Virus record (IMG/VR): IMGVR_UViG_3300050147_000051
Coordinates: 1 to 32,404 of that record
Direction: 5' to 3' (one strand)
Origin: a virus
Taxonomy: Duplodnaviria; Caudoviricetes
DNA: 32,404 nucleotides
Position numbers and translations under genes: made by a program. The notes beneath the pieces were generated by a model. The model saw nothing but the letters and a program-made list of their open reading frames with translations. It had not been told where the DNA came from and did not search any database. This document shows, piece by piece, positions 7,498 to 15,740 of the stretch. Position 1 is the stretch's first letter. The number at the start of each line of letters is the position of its first letter.

Positions 7498-7893
7498 AAC
7501 AGTTAATTCACGACCTATTAAAGAATAAAATAAGTTCTGAAGCTGATGTACATATTTTAAATAAACGTGTCCATATTTATATTCAACAGTATATCCATTT
7601 TCTTTTCTATATTTTATTGAGAAAGAACACCCTTCTTTTTTATATTTATCAGGAATATTAAATTCACATTTATTAAAACCTAATTTTAAAAGCCATTCTT
7701 CTGTTAATGGAATTGGTATTGAACATTTTAAATTTAATTCTAACAATGTAAAAAAAGCATCATCTACTTGAAATATTTCATCTGATCCTATTTCTTGTAA
7801 ATAAATACCGAAACGCAATTCATTTGGTAAAATAACCGATTGCATAACAGCCGTTTGTATTAATTGCGGGGCTTGGGATTTATCTAAAAACAT
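7492..7893 (-). CDS. Cassette B gene: hypothetical protein (133 aa; alternative ATG at 7845)
   Basis: NELRFG...PIPLTEEWLLKLGF...YVHQLQNLFYSLIGREL; the stop codon overlaps the GTTA core and the first ATG lies inside attC 2. Confidence 0.85.
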   Translation of the reverse strand: MFLDKSQAPQLIQTAVMQSVILPNELRFGIYLQEIGSDEIFQVDDAFFTLLELNLKCSIPIPLTEEWLLKLGFNKCEFNIPDKYKKEGCSFSIKYRKENGYTVEYKYGHVYLKYVHQLQNLFYSLIGRELTVA

Positions 7894-7979
7894 AATTTTT
7901 AAATTTAAAAGTTAGTATATATTTGTATGTTCAGTTTTCAATCATCCGCAACTGAACACAAGCGGGCAAAACGTTATAA
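7842..7979 (+). other. attC-like recombination site 2 (138 bp)
   Basis: GCATAAC-AG-CCGTTTGTATTAATTGCGG ... CCGCAACTGAACACAAGCGG-GCAAAAC-GTTATAA. Confidence 0.8.
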
Positions 7980-7985
7980 GCCATT

Positions 7986-8222
7986 TTACAGAAAGAACTC
8001 GCTAAATTCAACTGTTCTTATTTTATCTTGTCTTTGATTTTCTGCGCAACCAACAGACCCAGTACTTCTACTTACTTTCTTTTTTGCCCATAAAACTAAT
8101 GCAGTTTCACGTTCAGCCATTTGAGGAACCCATTTTACATAGCAATATTGTTCTCCAATAAATTTTGAAGCTTTTTCAAATTGTTCTTCGTTTCTAATAA
8201 TAATTGATAATCCGTTTTTCAT
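7986..8222 (-). CDS. Cassette C gene 2: hypothetical protein (78 aa)
   Basis: ORF inside cassette 7974-8562. Confidence 0.75.
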   Translation of the reverse strand: MKNGLSIIIRNEEQFEKASKFIGEQYCYVKWVPQMAERETALVLWAKKKVSRSTGSVGCAENQRQDKIRTVEFSEFFL

Positions 8223-8223
8223 A

Positions 8224-8424
8224 TTAATTAATTTTATAATGTTTAATTTCTGCGGTTTCTACATCTAAAAAATGATAGTATTCAGGGTCTTTTTTTGATG
8301 CATCTAAATGATTTTGTAAATCTCTTTTTGCTGATTCTAAATAATCTTTGTGAATATAATTTTTGAACATTTCGCATCCTGTTTTATCAGTTATGCAAAC
8401 TACTATTGTGTTTTCTAAATCCAT
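8224..8424 (-). CDS. Cassette C gene 1: hypothetical protein (66 aa)
   Basis: ORF starts just past attC 3 and is coupled to the next ORF. Confidence 0.75.
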   Translation of the reverse strand: MDLENTIVVCITDKTGCEMFKNYIHKDYLESAKRDLQNHLDASKKDPEYYHFLDVETAEIKHYKIN

Positions 8425-8435
8425 AAAAAAACGGC

Positions 8436-8568
8436 TTATAACATCGGTTTTGCTCTATTGCGGGTTCGGGCATAATTAGATGTTCGGTTTGTATTTGTTA
8501 TTTTTGTTTTTAAATCTAAACTTTTGGCTTACTTTTCCGCAACAAAGCAAAGCCGAGAACCGTTAATG
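8436..8568 (+). other. attC-like recombination site 3 (133 bp)
   Basis: TTATAAC-AT-CGGTTTTGCTCTATTGCGG ... CCGCAACAAAGCAAAGCCG-AGAACC-GTTAATG. Confidence 0.8.
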
Positions 8569-9027
8569 GCAATATTTGAAGTGCGTAAAATGAATAATTG
8601 CCATAGGTTGAGATAAATCGTAACCTTTAAACCATTCTTTAAAATCCGAAAGACTTAATCCATCATTTTCGGCTATAATATCAATGTTTGGCTCAAACTT
8701 ATTATTTATCAAAGGATATTTTAAATTAGTAACTCCGTCTTTATCTTTGTAAAACTCTAATTTTTCAAGTGAAATTCCATCTGTATTTTTAAGATTAAAA
8801 ACTTCTAGTTGTTTTGAAATATATGGCTTACCGGTCCAATTTCTAATAGATAAACAAGCTTCTCCTTTTTCAATTTTTTCAAATCTTTTTTGCCATAATA
8901 AAAAATTACCTCTAATTGTATGCTTTTTCAATAAGCTATTAATTTTCACAACAAAATTTGTTTCTAAACCACCTTTTTTGTGAGTTTTTGGGAATGTGTT
9001 TGAAATTATTAAAACGTATATTTTCAT
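8563..9027 (-). CDS. Cassette D gene: ASCH/PUA-like protein (154 aa)
   Basis: KKHTIR near the N-terminus and IAENDGLSLSDFKEWF near the C-terminus resemble ASCH-related phage proteins; the stop codon overlaps the GTTA core. Confidence 0.6.
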   Translation of the reverse strand: MKIYVLIISNTFPKTHKKGGLETNFVVKINSLLKKHTIRGNFLLWQKRFEKIEKGEACLSIRNWTGKPYISKQLEVFNLKNTDGISLEKLEFYKDKDGVTNLKYPLINNKFEPNIDIIAENDGLSLSDFKEWFKGYDLSQPMAIIHFTHFKYCH

Positions 9028-9092
9028 AATAAATTTTTTTAATACCGCATGCTACTGTAACAATACGCAAATTATTAAGTAAAAATCTGGTA

Positions 9093-9100
9093 CAAATATA
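9093..9100 (-). promoter_or_regulatory. TAnnTTTG promoter facing the cassette array
   Basis: TATATTTG lies between the endolysin terminator and cassette D. Confidence 0.6.
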
Positions 9101-9151
9101 ACATTAATTCTAATACTAATATCAGTATCAATGTAGTTTATAATTAGTCTA

Positions 9152-9183
9152 AATAAAGAAACCTATCAAATTAATGATAGGTT
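9152..9183 (-). terminator. Terminator-like hairpin after the endolysin
   Basis: Minus strand reads AACCTATCA-TTAATT-TGATAGGTT followed by TCTTTATT. Confidence 0.65.
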
Positions 9184-9231
9184 ATAATAAAAGACTTTAA
9201 GTCAGTTCTTAAGGAATTATCTAAAAGTACG

Positions 9232-9696
9232 TTACTCCTTAATCTCAAAATGCATCCAATCATAATTCTTTTCACGTCCTAAACTAATAAATCCGTGTTT
9301 GTAGAAAATATCAATCATTTGTTTATATTCAGCACGTGCAAATCTTGCAGTTTTTGAAGTTTCTTTTAATTGATTTCTTTCAGGGTCAATGTCAATAGCT
9401 ATTCCCCAACTATGACGTGAATATTCTGAACCCCCACGCATAGCACGAAAATTAAAGCAACCACCAAATAAATCAATTCCTAACTCAACAATTTTTTCGT
9501 AACCATAAACCTCTAATAACTCGGTAAATATTTTACCTAATTTGTCAGCTACTAATTTATGACATTGGATTTTATTTACTTTTACATTTTTATCCCAACT
9601 TAAACGCATTGGATAAGGTAGATTTAAAGTAGTTAAGTAGTTTGGATTCTTACTCGGAACACCATATTTTTGAGTAGCTTGTGTAGTTGTTATCAT
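9232..9696 (-). CDS. Endolysin, M15 family zinc peptidase (154 aa)
   Basis: Zinc-ligand motifs [12 protein letters not shown] (SxHxxGxAxD) and DWMHFE. Confidence 0.9.
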   Translation of the reverse strand: MITTTQATQKYGVPSKNPNYLTTLNLPYPMRLSWDKNVKVNKIQCHKLVADKLGKIFTELLEVYGYEKIVELGIDLFGGCFNFRAMRGGSEYSRHSWGIAIDIDPERNQLKETSKTARFARAEYKQMIDIFYKHGFISLGREKNYDWMHFEIKE

Positions 9697-9860
9697 AACA
9701 ATTCTAAAGTTTGGTTAAATAAATAAACATTTGTTCTTTTGTCTCCAAATATTTTGCTTTTTTCTGTAAATGTTTTTGGGTTTAAATTATGTATAAATAA
9801 CTCAGGAATTCCAATAACATTTACACCTATCCAAAAATATACTCTAATTAGTTTTTTCAT
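9693..9860 (-). CDS. Small hypothetical protein in the lysis module (55 aa)
   Basis: Translated by hand ([22 protein letters not shown]...); ATGA overlap with the endolysin. Confidence 0.55.
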   Translation of the reverse strand: MKKLIRVYFWIGVNVIGIPELFIHNLNPKTFTEKSKIFGDKRTNVYLFNQTLELL

Positions 9861-9861
9861 T

Positions 9862-10176
9862 TTATTTATCTGTTATTATTTTAAAAATAGTAATTATTAA
9901 TGCGCCAGCTATTCCACGTCCCCACCATTTAGCGTTATCAATATCCTTTGCATGACTTTCAGACTTAATTTGTAACACCTCAACTTTTGATTTTACATCG
10001 TCAAGCATCGAAATAACACCTTTGTTTTTGTTTAATTCAGAACCTCCTAAAACTATTAGGATTTCTTTTTGCATTTCAGCAATATTCTTAACGTTCTCTC
10101 TTATATCTTTAATGTGTAAATCACGTCTTTCATCTTTAACTTCGAGTGCTTTCAATCTTTCGTCTGTTGTCGCCAT
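9862..10176 (-). CDS. Coiled-coil protein with a C-terminal TM helix, lysis-associated (104 aa)
   Basis: Heptad-like N-terminal region and TM segment WWGRGIAGALIITIFKII, upstream of the endolysin. Confidence 0.65.
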   Translation of the reverse strand: MATTDERLKALEVKDERRDLHIKDIRENVKNIAEMQKEILIVLGGSELNKNKGVISMLDDVKSKVEVLQIKSESHAKDIDNAKWWGRGIAGALIITIFKIITDK

Positions 10177-10185
10177 AGTAAGGAG

Positions 10186-10416
10186 TTATGGTTCTAAATT
10201 AGTATTAATATTTTCGTTTGTTTTTTGAGTTCTATAAATTGAAAATCCACCAACGCCTAAAAATCCTAAAAAAACAAATTCTTTAACTTCAAAAGTAGGT
10301 AAAAAAATTGGAATAAAAGCATAGCAAGTAGCGACAAAAAAGCTACTAAAAGTTAGTAAACGTTTTTGTGACCATTTTCCGTTATTCCTTAAGGTATCAT
10401 TTACTAAACTTATCAT
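10186..10416 (-). CDS. Putative holin (76 aa, 2 TM)
   Basis: Two TM segments with charged termini, located in the lysis module. Confidence 0.6.
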   Translation of the reverse strand: MISLVNDTLRNNGKWSQKRLLTFSSFFVATCYAFIPIFLPTFEVKEFVFLGFLGVGGFSIYRTQKTNENINTNLEP

Positions 10417-10732
10417 AATTTATATTCCTTTCAATTAGTAATATAATTGGTGTTGCTATTATTAAAATGCTCCAAAACTTGTAGTTAATATAATCAATAG
10501 GATAATTCAAATCAATCAATTTAAACACCAAAAAAATAAAAGAGAATAAATAACATTGCTTTTGGAATATGTTTAATTTACGATAAAGAAATAGTACTAT
10601 AATAGCTGAAGCAATATAAAAAGGAGTATCTATACTATCTATAATTTGCCAATTGTTTAACCAAAAGTTAGTATCCATTATTAAAATAGATACTAAATTA
10701 TAAAGTAATATAAACGCTCCTAAATTTTTCAT
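10397..10732 (-). CDS. Integral membrane protein (111 aa, about 4 TM)
   Basis: Four hydrophobic segments. Confidence 0.7.
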   Translation of the reverse strand: MKNLGAFILLYNLVSILIMDTNFWLNNWQIIDSIDTPFYIASAIIVLFLYRKLNIFQKQCYLFSFIFLVFKLIDLNYPIDYINYKFWSILIIATPIILLIERNINYDKFSK

Positions 10733-10866
10733 TACTTTTCAGCAGGTTTGTGAGGACGTGGCGCACCAATATTACGCACTAATACTATATCATTTAACTC
10801 CGCATTATCTAACATTGTTTCAACTTCCTCAATTGTTTTCTTTTGCTCTTCTGTTAATTCTTTCAT
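10732..10866 (-). CDS. Small peptide (44 aa, ending IGAPRPHKPAEK)
   Basis: Translated by hand; TAATG coupling to the membrane protein gene. Confidence 0.6.
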   Translation of the reverse strand: MKELTEEQKKTIEEVETMLDNAELNDIVLVRNIGAPRPHKPAEK

Positions 10867-10877
10867 TATATTAATTA

Positions 10878-11042
10878 TTAAGTGTTTCTAATATCAATCC
10901 AAGTGTTATTTTCTAAATCTACTTTAGCAAATTCTAACTCAATAGTTGGATAAAAGTCTACTGAGTTGTTCGGTTGTTCTGCATAAAAGTTTGTACTAAC
11001 GTACATTCTGTTTTCGTCAAATAAATAATATTGCTTTTCCAT
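10878..11042 (-). CDS. Possible tail fibre assembly or accessory protein (54 aa)
   Basis: MEKQYYLFDENRMYV...QPNNS...P...W pattern directly after the fibre gene; function is inferred. Confidence 0.5.
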   Translation of the reverse strand: MEKQYYLFDENRMYVSTNFYAEQPNNSVDFYPTIELEFAKVDLENNTWIDIRNT

Positions 11043-11044
11043 AA

Positions 11045-13186
11045 TTATACTATATCAGTTGAACTTGTTGTGCTTGAAGGTCCTAACTCTATGAATCTAA
11101 TTAAATGATTTTCGACAATTGGAGTAGTGCTTACATTCGTTGCAAACGCTATAATTAAAGTACCAGCAGTTGAAGTAACTACTTCTATTGATATTGTCGC
11201 TCTCGCAAATGTTTGCGTACCTGTAGTCATTAATGCAGATGAAATAGTAGCGGAATTAAGAGCCGTATATGATGGTGTATTAGACGAAATAAGTGATGCG
11301 CTTTTGCACGCTAAACTTTGACCATTTACAGAAGTAATCCCTGCGCTTCCTAAAATTCCAAATTGTACAAAGTTAGTAGTTGTTGAAAGTCCGCTTAACT
11401 GAAATTGAACTTCTATCTTATAACGTGTATTTGCTTTTGCTGGAAAACTTCCGTTTCCACTACTTCCAGCATTAGATAGTTTTTGTAAAGCCGTTGAGCC
11501 TGTTCCAGTATAAGGACTTGATGAACTTATCCAAGACATTTTATTTTGCTTACTATCTATTTGCGTTTGAATTGAACTTGTAGCGTCATTAAACGTTTTC
11601 TGGTTATCTGTTTGATATCGTTTATTTGAAGAGTCTGGAACATCCGCAGTACTACCTATTAATCCGTTTGTAATTTGGATATAAACCGAACCACTCCAAC
11701 GATATTGCTTGCTACTTTGCCCCGTTGTCAAATCAACATATATTTTACCGACTTCGCCAGTAATTGCTGTAGTATGCGAACTTTCAGCATAGAATACACC
11801 CGCGTTTAAATATCCGTCTATAATGTCGTCAACGTAGCTAGGTAAAAATTCACTAGGTATAAGGACAGAGGCGTTTAAAGGCACATATCCATTAGAAGCT
11901 CCTTTATTTGAAATATCCTCAATTCCGAAATAGTCTTGGTCTTGAAACTCTGCTGTTCTTTCATTTGTCAAATTAGTACCTTTCAAAGTCATTGACTTTG
12001 TCGGATTACCTCCAAATTGAGTAACTAACTCACTTGCTTTAATCCTAAAAGTTCCCAAATCAACATCAGCATTAGCATTACTTCCGTCACGTTTTAGGGC
12101 GTCTGCATTGTCTGCTGTGATGTCACTTTCAAAAGCTAAAGTTTCATCTCCGAAACCAGAATCTTTTAAAAGATAATTACCCCCAACATCTGAAGTATTT
12201 TTTATAAAATTAATAAATGTATCAACAAATTGCAAGTAAGTATTTCTAACACCGCCACCACCAAAAGTAGTAACTGCCATTTCATCATCTACTAAAGTTC
12301 TATAAGGTGTACCACTTTTTACTATTAAAGACTGAACACCTATACCATCTGTAGTTTCATTCCCCTCTGTTGTAACTTCTTGAAGTGTTGGGGTTGTGCT
12401 TACGCCTCCGCTTAATTCGACAAAGTTTACATTTCGTTTAATTCCTTCAAAGAAGAAACCATTTACAACAACACTACCAGCGTGGTCAGAAATTAAAACT
12501 AATTCGCCGAGTGCTAATCTTACCTCTTCACTTCCTACGTAAAAACCTGTGAATATAGTTCTTTGATGCGCTCCTGTATCTTTAATTTGCTCCTCGTGAA
12601 TTATTATCTCGAATTCTTTTGATGTTCCAATTCCTAATCTTAAAACACATTTAAAAACTTGATTCGCAGTCGCTGTAGTTACGTTAATATCTACTCTTAA
12701 TTTTACCAAATCCCCAACACCTAATTCGTCTAATACGATGTTATTCGTTGTAGGGTCAAATAAGCGGGTAACTCCGTGTGTTGGATGGTCGATATTAGTA
12801 TAAGCACCAATACAATCATTACTTAATTTCTTTTCGGTATTAGCTACTAATGTAAGTGGTGTAGTATTATCGTTATTGTAATCGAAAAAACCAATAGTAT
12901 TGACGTAATTGTTTAATGTTGGTTTGTTCTTAATATAGTCATCTGCTGTATTATCGCTTTGCGACCAATCAGATTGAACATTAACCTCAGCACCATCTTC
13001 AATCCCTAAAAGTTTAGTTTTAAGTGCATCTGTAAAATCATTTGTACTTAATTCTTTTCCTGTTTCTTTATCAACTTTACCTGTATAAAGTTCGGTATTC
13101 ATATCATTTTGATGGTCAAAAGCAACTCTTAACTCATCCCCTAATCCGTCGTTAGGACTTGAAATATCGTGTATTATCTGTGCCAT
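11045..13186 (-). CDS. Tail fibre or receptor-binding structural protein (713 aa)
   Basis: N-terminal NDGLGDELRVAF...NTELY, GKVDKETGKELSTNDFT...NVQSDW and PTLQEVTTEGN are fibre-type motifs; the C-terminus is Ser/Thr-rich. Confidence 0.75.
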   Translation of the reverse strand: MAQIIHDISSPNDGLGDELRVAFDHQNDMNTELYTGKVDKETGKELSTNDFTDALKTKLLGIEDGAEVNVQSDWSQSDNTADDYIKNKPTLNNYVNTIGFFDYNNDNTTPLTLVANTEKKLSNDCIGAYTNIDHPTHGVTRLFDPTTNNIVLDELGVGDLVKLRVDINVTTATANQVFKCVLRLGIGTSKEFEIIIHEEQIKDTGAHQRTIFTGFYVGSEEVRLALGELVLISDHAGSVVVNGFFFEGIKRNVNFVELSGGVSTTPTLQEVTTEGNETTDGIGVQSLIVKSGTPYRTLVDDEMAVTTFGGGGVRNTYLQFVDTFINFIKNTSDVGGNYLLKDSGFGDETLAFESDITADNADALKRDGSNANADVDLGTFRIKASELVTQFGGNPTKSMTLKGTNLTNERTAEFQDQDYFGIEDISNKGASNGYVPLNASVLIPSEFLPSYVDDIIDGYLNAGVFYAESSHTTAITGEVGKIYVDLTTGQSSKQYRWSGSVYIQITNGLIGSTADVPDSSNKRYQTDNQKTFNDATSSIQTQIDSKQNKMSWISSSSPYTGTGSTALQKLSNAGSSGNGSFPAKANTRYKIEVQFQLSGLSTTTNFVQFGILGSAGITSVNGQSLACKSASLISSNTPSYTALNSATISSALMTTGTQTFARATISIEVVTSTAGTLIIAFATNVSTTPIVENHLIRFIELGPSSTTSSTDIV

Positions 13187-13187
13187 A

Positions 13188-13661
13188 TTAATACCATTGA
13201 ATTAAGTTAGTTGTTTCTTTTTTTTCTTGCTTATTATACTCAGGAATATCAATTGTTTTCATAAATTCATAGAAATTAGTTTCGTAACTTATCGCTATAC
13301 TTTCATGATTTTTACCTAAAGTATTAATCTCGCTTGGTGTTGGCTGTGTTCCGTTTTCAATATTCATTTTAAACGTTCCAGCATTGCTTATTTTAGCGTT
13401 GTTCAAAGATAAGTAAATTGAAACAGAAAAAAAAGAAAGCATAAACGAAATATAATCGTTGTAGATTGTTAAATAATTACCAACTAAGTCATTATTTTTA
13501 TAATCAGTTAGTATTTTATTATACAAATCTAATCCTAAAATTCTTTTTATATGTGTTGATTGCGCAATATTAATAGATGGATTAAGGCTGTCAGTATCAA
13601 TATTACCGCCTATTCCTGTTAATTGTACAATATCGTTTGCTTTTACTAATAGTGTTATCAT
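13188..13661 (-). CDS. Putative head-tail adaptor (157 aa)
   Basis: Follows the portal-like gene and is predicted to be helical; call is from synteny. Confidence 0.5.
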   Translation of the reverse strand: MITLLVKANDIVQLTGIGGNIDTDSLNPSINIAQSTHIKRILGLDLYNKILTDYKNNDLVGNYLTIYNDYISFMLSFFSVSIYLSLNNAKISNAGTFKMNIENGTQPTPSEINTLGKNHESIAISYETNFYEFMKTIDIPEYNKQEKKETTNLIQWY

Positions 13662-13663
13662 AG

Positions 13664-14779
13664 TTATTGATTTGTTTCTATTTTTTCCTCTTCAAAATTC
13701 TTAAAATCTAAATTATAATTACCATCAATTACTTTAAAGACTTTCATTAATCCGTCTAAAATAACCTCACGCATCGGGTTAATATTTCTTCTATACAATT
13801 GTTTAGTAGATATCGCAATTTCATCTGCATTGTTTGAGAATCCGTTAGAGTTTCCACTTCCAGCAAATAAGATAGGCGGCGCACTATGACCAACTATAAT
13901 TTTTCTTTCGGCTTCTTCGCTATAAAATACATTTTGTTGGTTTAATTCAGGCGGGTGCAATTGGTCAACTACCAAACTCTCTTCAGCACCCTCGTTAAAA
14001 GATATTAATACAGCACTTTGGTTTTCAGTCCCTACTGCTTTTTCACGTACTTTTTTAGCTTGTTCTTTTGCGACTTCTTCGTCTGTAATTCTACCATTAT
14101 TATAATTAATAATGGTCATAGCACTCATTGAGTTATAGAAGTGTTTTATACCAGCGTTTGAAAGTTCGCCCTCTACTTTACACCAACGAATACAACTGAA
14201 ATAATCGGGTATAGGGAAGAATGGCTCACTCGTTGGATTGCGAATTAATAACGCTTCAACATCTTGTCCATCTTTGTAAACTCCTGTAAAAATAGGAATA
14301 AACTCTCTTTTATAACGTCCGTAATTAGTCCAATCCCAACTATACCAATATCCATCAACTTTTAAATTATCGGTTACATTAATACCAAGTTTATAAACTG
14401 GCAAATATTCAATTTTTAATATTTTCTTTTCGTGCCAAATAATCTGTATTGAATATCCTCCGAATAGCTTATGATCCTTACATATTAGTTTAGCGTCTTC
14501 TTTACTTAAGATATGAGAAACTTTTAAACCTCCTTTATCAATTAAACCCTCGCCATAAATAAAGTTAACCATTGCGTTAATAATTGACGCGTTGGTTGGG
14601 CTATCGTCGTAAGCATCTTGGTAGCTTTTATAGTTCTTATTATTAACTCCGTTAGTAATCCATTTGCGCCCCATTACTGGCTTAATATCAATAGGCTCGA
14701 ACTTACTAAACTTCATAGTGCTTTCAAACACTTGAGGCGAACTATTCATATTGGAATTTTGAGTTTGATTGACTTCCAT
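13664..14779 (-). CDS. Portal protein (371 aa)
   Basis: SPTNASIIN...IYGEG, FPIPDY and IIVGHSAPPILF...INPMR match HK97-type portal patterns. Confidence 0.8.
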   Translation of the reverse strand: MEVNQTQNSNMNSSPQVFESTMKFSKFEPIDIKPVMGRKWITNGVNNKNYKSYQDAYDDSPTNASIINAMVNFIYGEGLIDKGGLKVSHILSKEDAKLICKDHKLFGGYSIQIIWHEKKILKIEYLPVYKLGINVTDNLKVDGYWYSWDWTNYGRYKREFIPIFTGVYKDGQDVEALLIRNPTSEPFFPIPDYFSCIRWCKVEGELSNAGIKHFYNSMSAMTIINYNNGRITDEEVAKEQAKKVREKAVGTENQSAVLISFNEGAEESLVVDQLHPPELNQQNVFYSEEAERKIIVGHSAPPILFAGSGNSNGFSNNADEIAISTKQLYRRNINPMREVILDGLMKVFKVIDGNYNLDFKNFEEEKIETNQ

Positions 14780-15068
14780 AAGTGTAATTTTGTACGTCGG
14801 TATTTTCTTCTAAAAATAAAAGTTTTCCTAAATAAATAATATCAGTTCCATTTTTAATTTCGACTTCATATTTATTTGAAACTTTGAAATCTGCATTATT
14901 TTCTAAAGTAATATTTAATTTTTCGTTTACTGAAAAGGAAAAATTAGATACTATTTTTAAATCAGAATCCTCATTTCTTAAAGTTACCGATAACGTATCG
15001 TTAATAGTTGGGTATTTTCGTGGAATTAAAGAAAAGTTTAAATCAGTATCGATAAAAAGTACTTTCAT
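14742..15068 (-). CDS. Hypothetical virion-associated protein (108 aa)
   Basis: Beta-rich ORF between the putative major tail and portal genes. Confidence 0.7.
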   Translation of the reverse strand: MKVLFIDTDLNFSLIPRKYPTINDTLSVTLRNEDSDLKIVSNFSFSVNEKLNITLENNADFKVSNKYEVEIKNGTDIIYLGKLLFLEENTDVQNYTYGSQSNSKFQYE

Positions 15069-15084
15069 TTTCTTTATTTTTTAT

Positions 15085-15111
15085 AAAAAAAGGCGAGTTT
15101 ATCCCGCCTTT
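15085..15111 (-). terminator. Terminator after the putative major tail gene
   Basis: Minus strand reads AAAGGCG...CGCCTTT followed by a T run. Confidence 0.75.
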
Positions 15112-15134
15112 CTATGTTTAATTTATCATTATGA

Positions 15135-15695
15135 TTAATAAGTCATAATTGCAGCAGCGTAATCTACTAAAGCGTCACCTGAAAGAACGTATAAACTTGA
15201 ATAATCAGGCTCATCTGTTGTGATGTTTACCATAAATCCGTTTCTATCTGTTGCAGTAGCTCCTGAATCACTATCAGAAGTCAATACGTCTGCTCCATTT
15301 TGAGAACCAGCACAAACTATCGAACCATCTTTGTATTCAATAAACAAAGTCCATTGGCGTTCTGCTAATGTTTGCTCTATTTTAGCAATATCTAAACGAG
15401 TAGTTACATCGGGCGGAATAGCTAACATTAAAGGGAAAGTTCCTTTTACGTTAGTTGAGTTAGTGTCTTCTCCTGTTGTTCTTGTTTCGGTATATTTTGA
15501 AGTAGTTGATTTAACCTCAAATCTTGAAAGTTCAGCAGCTCCATAAACAGCAGCTACATCAACAACACCAGCCGAAGTAGTAGCTATTCTGTTCATAGGG
15601 TCGTATAAACCAAATGAAATAGCACGGACACCAGCGATTGACTTAACGCATGGTTTCTTTAAACTTTTTGTAAGTGTTTTACAAACTATTGACAT
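15135..15695 (-). CDS. Putative major tail protein (186 aa)
   Basis: Follows the capsid gene, is flanked by terminators and contains GSQNGAD...SG...DRNGF; call is from synteny. Confidence 0.6.
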   Translation of the reverse strand: MSIVCKTLTKSLKKPCVKSIAGVRAISFGLYDPMNRIATTSAGVVDVAAVYGAAELSRFEVKSTTSKYTETRTTGEDTNSTNVKGTFPLMLAIPPDVTTRLDIAKIEQTLAERQWTLFIEYKDGSIVCAGSQNGADVLTSDSDSGATATDRNGFMVNITTDEPDYSSLYVLSGDALVDYAAAIMTY

Positions 15696-15709
15696 AATTT
15701 TTAAGTTTT

Positions 15710-15733
15710 AAAAGGGCGGTATTTCACGCCCTT
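15710..15733 (-). terminator. Hairpin or terminator after the major capsid gene
   Basis: Minus strand reads AAGGGCG-TGAAATAC-CGCCCTTTT. Confidence 0.7.
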
Positions 15734-15740
15734 GTTAATA

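Larger units (their letters stand above)
6949..9061 (+). mobile_element. Integron-like gene cassette array (three complete cassettes and one with a degenerate end; no integrase)
   Basis: Three attC-like hairpins separate the ORFs. Cassette ends are mutually complementary: GTTACCTGC/GCAGGTAAC, GTTATGCAA/TTGCATAAC and GTTATAAGCC/GGCTTATAAC. Confidence 0.8.

Noticed and set aside
7398-7661. Plus-strand 87-aa ORF
   Set aside because: It runs through attC 1 and antisense to the cassette B gene, with no supporting signals.
7365-8568. The three long hairpins as simple terminators, CRISPR repeats or MITEs
   Set aside because: They lack U tails and target-site duplications, are too long and divergent for CRISPR repeats, and show cassette-specific end complementarity.
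11045-13186. Diversity-generating retroelement target in the tail fibre
   Set aside because: There is no reverse transcriptase and I saw no template/variable repeat pair.
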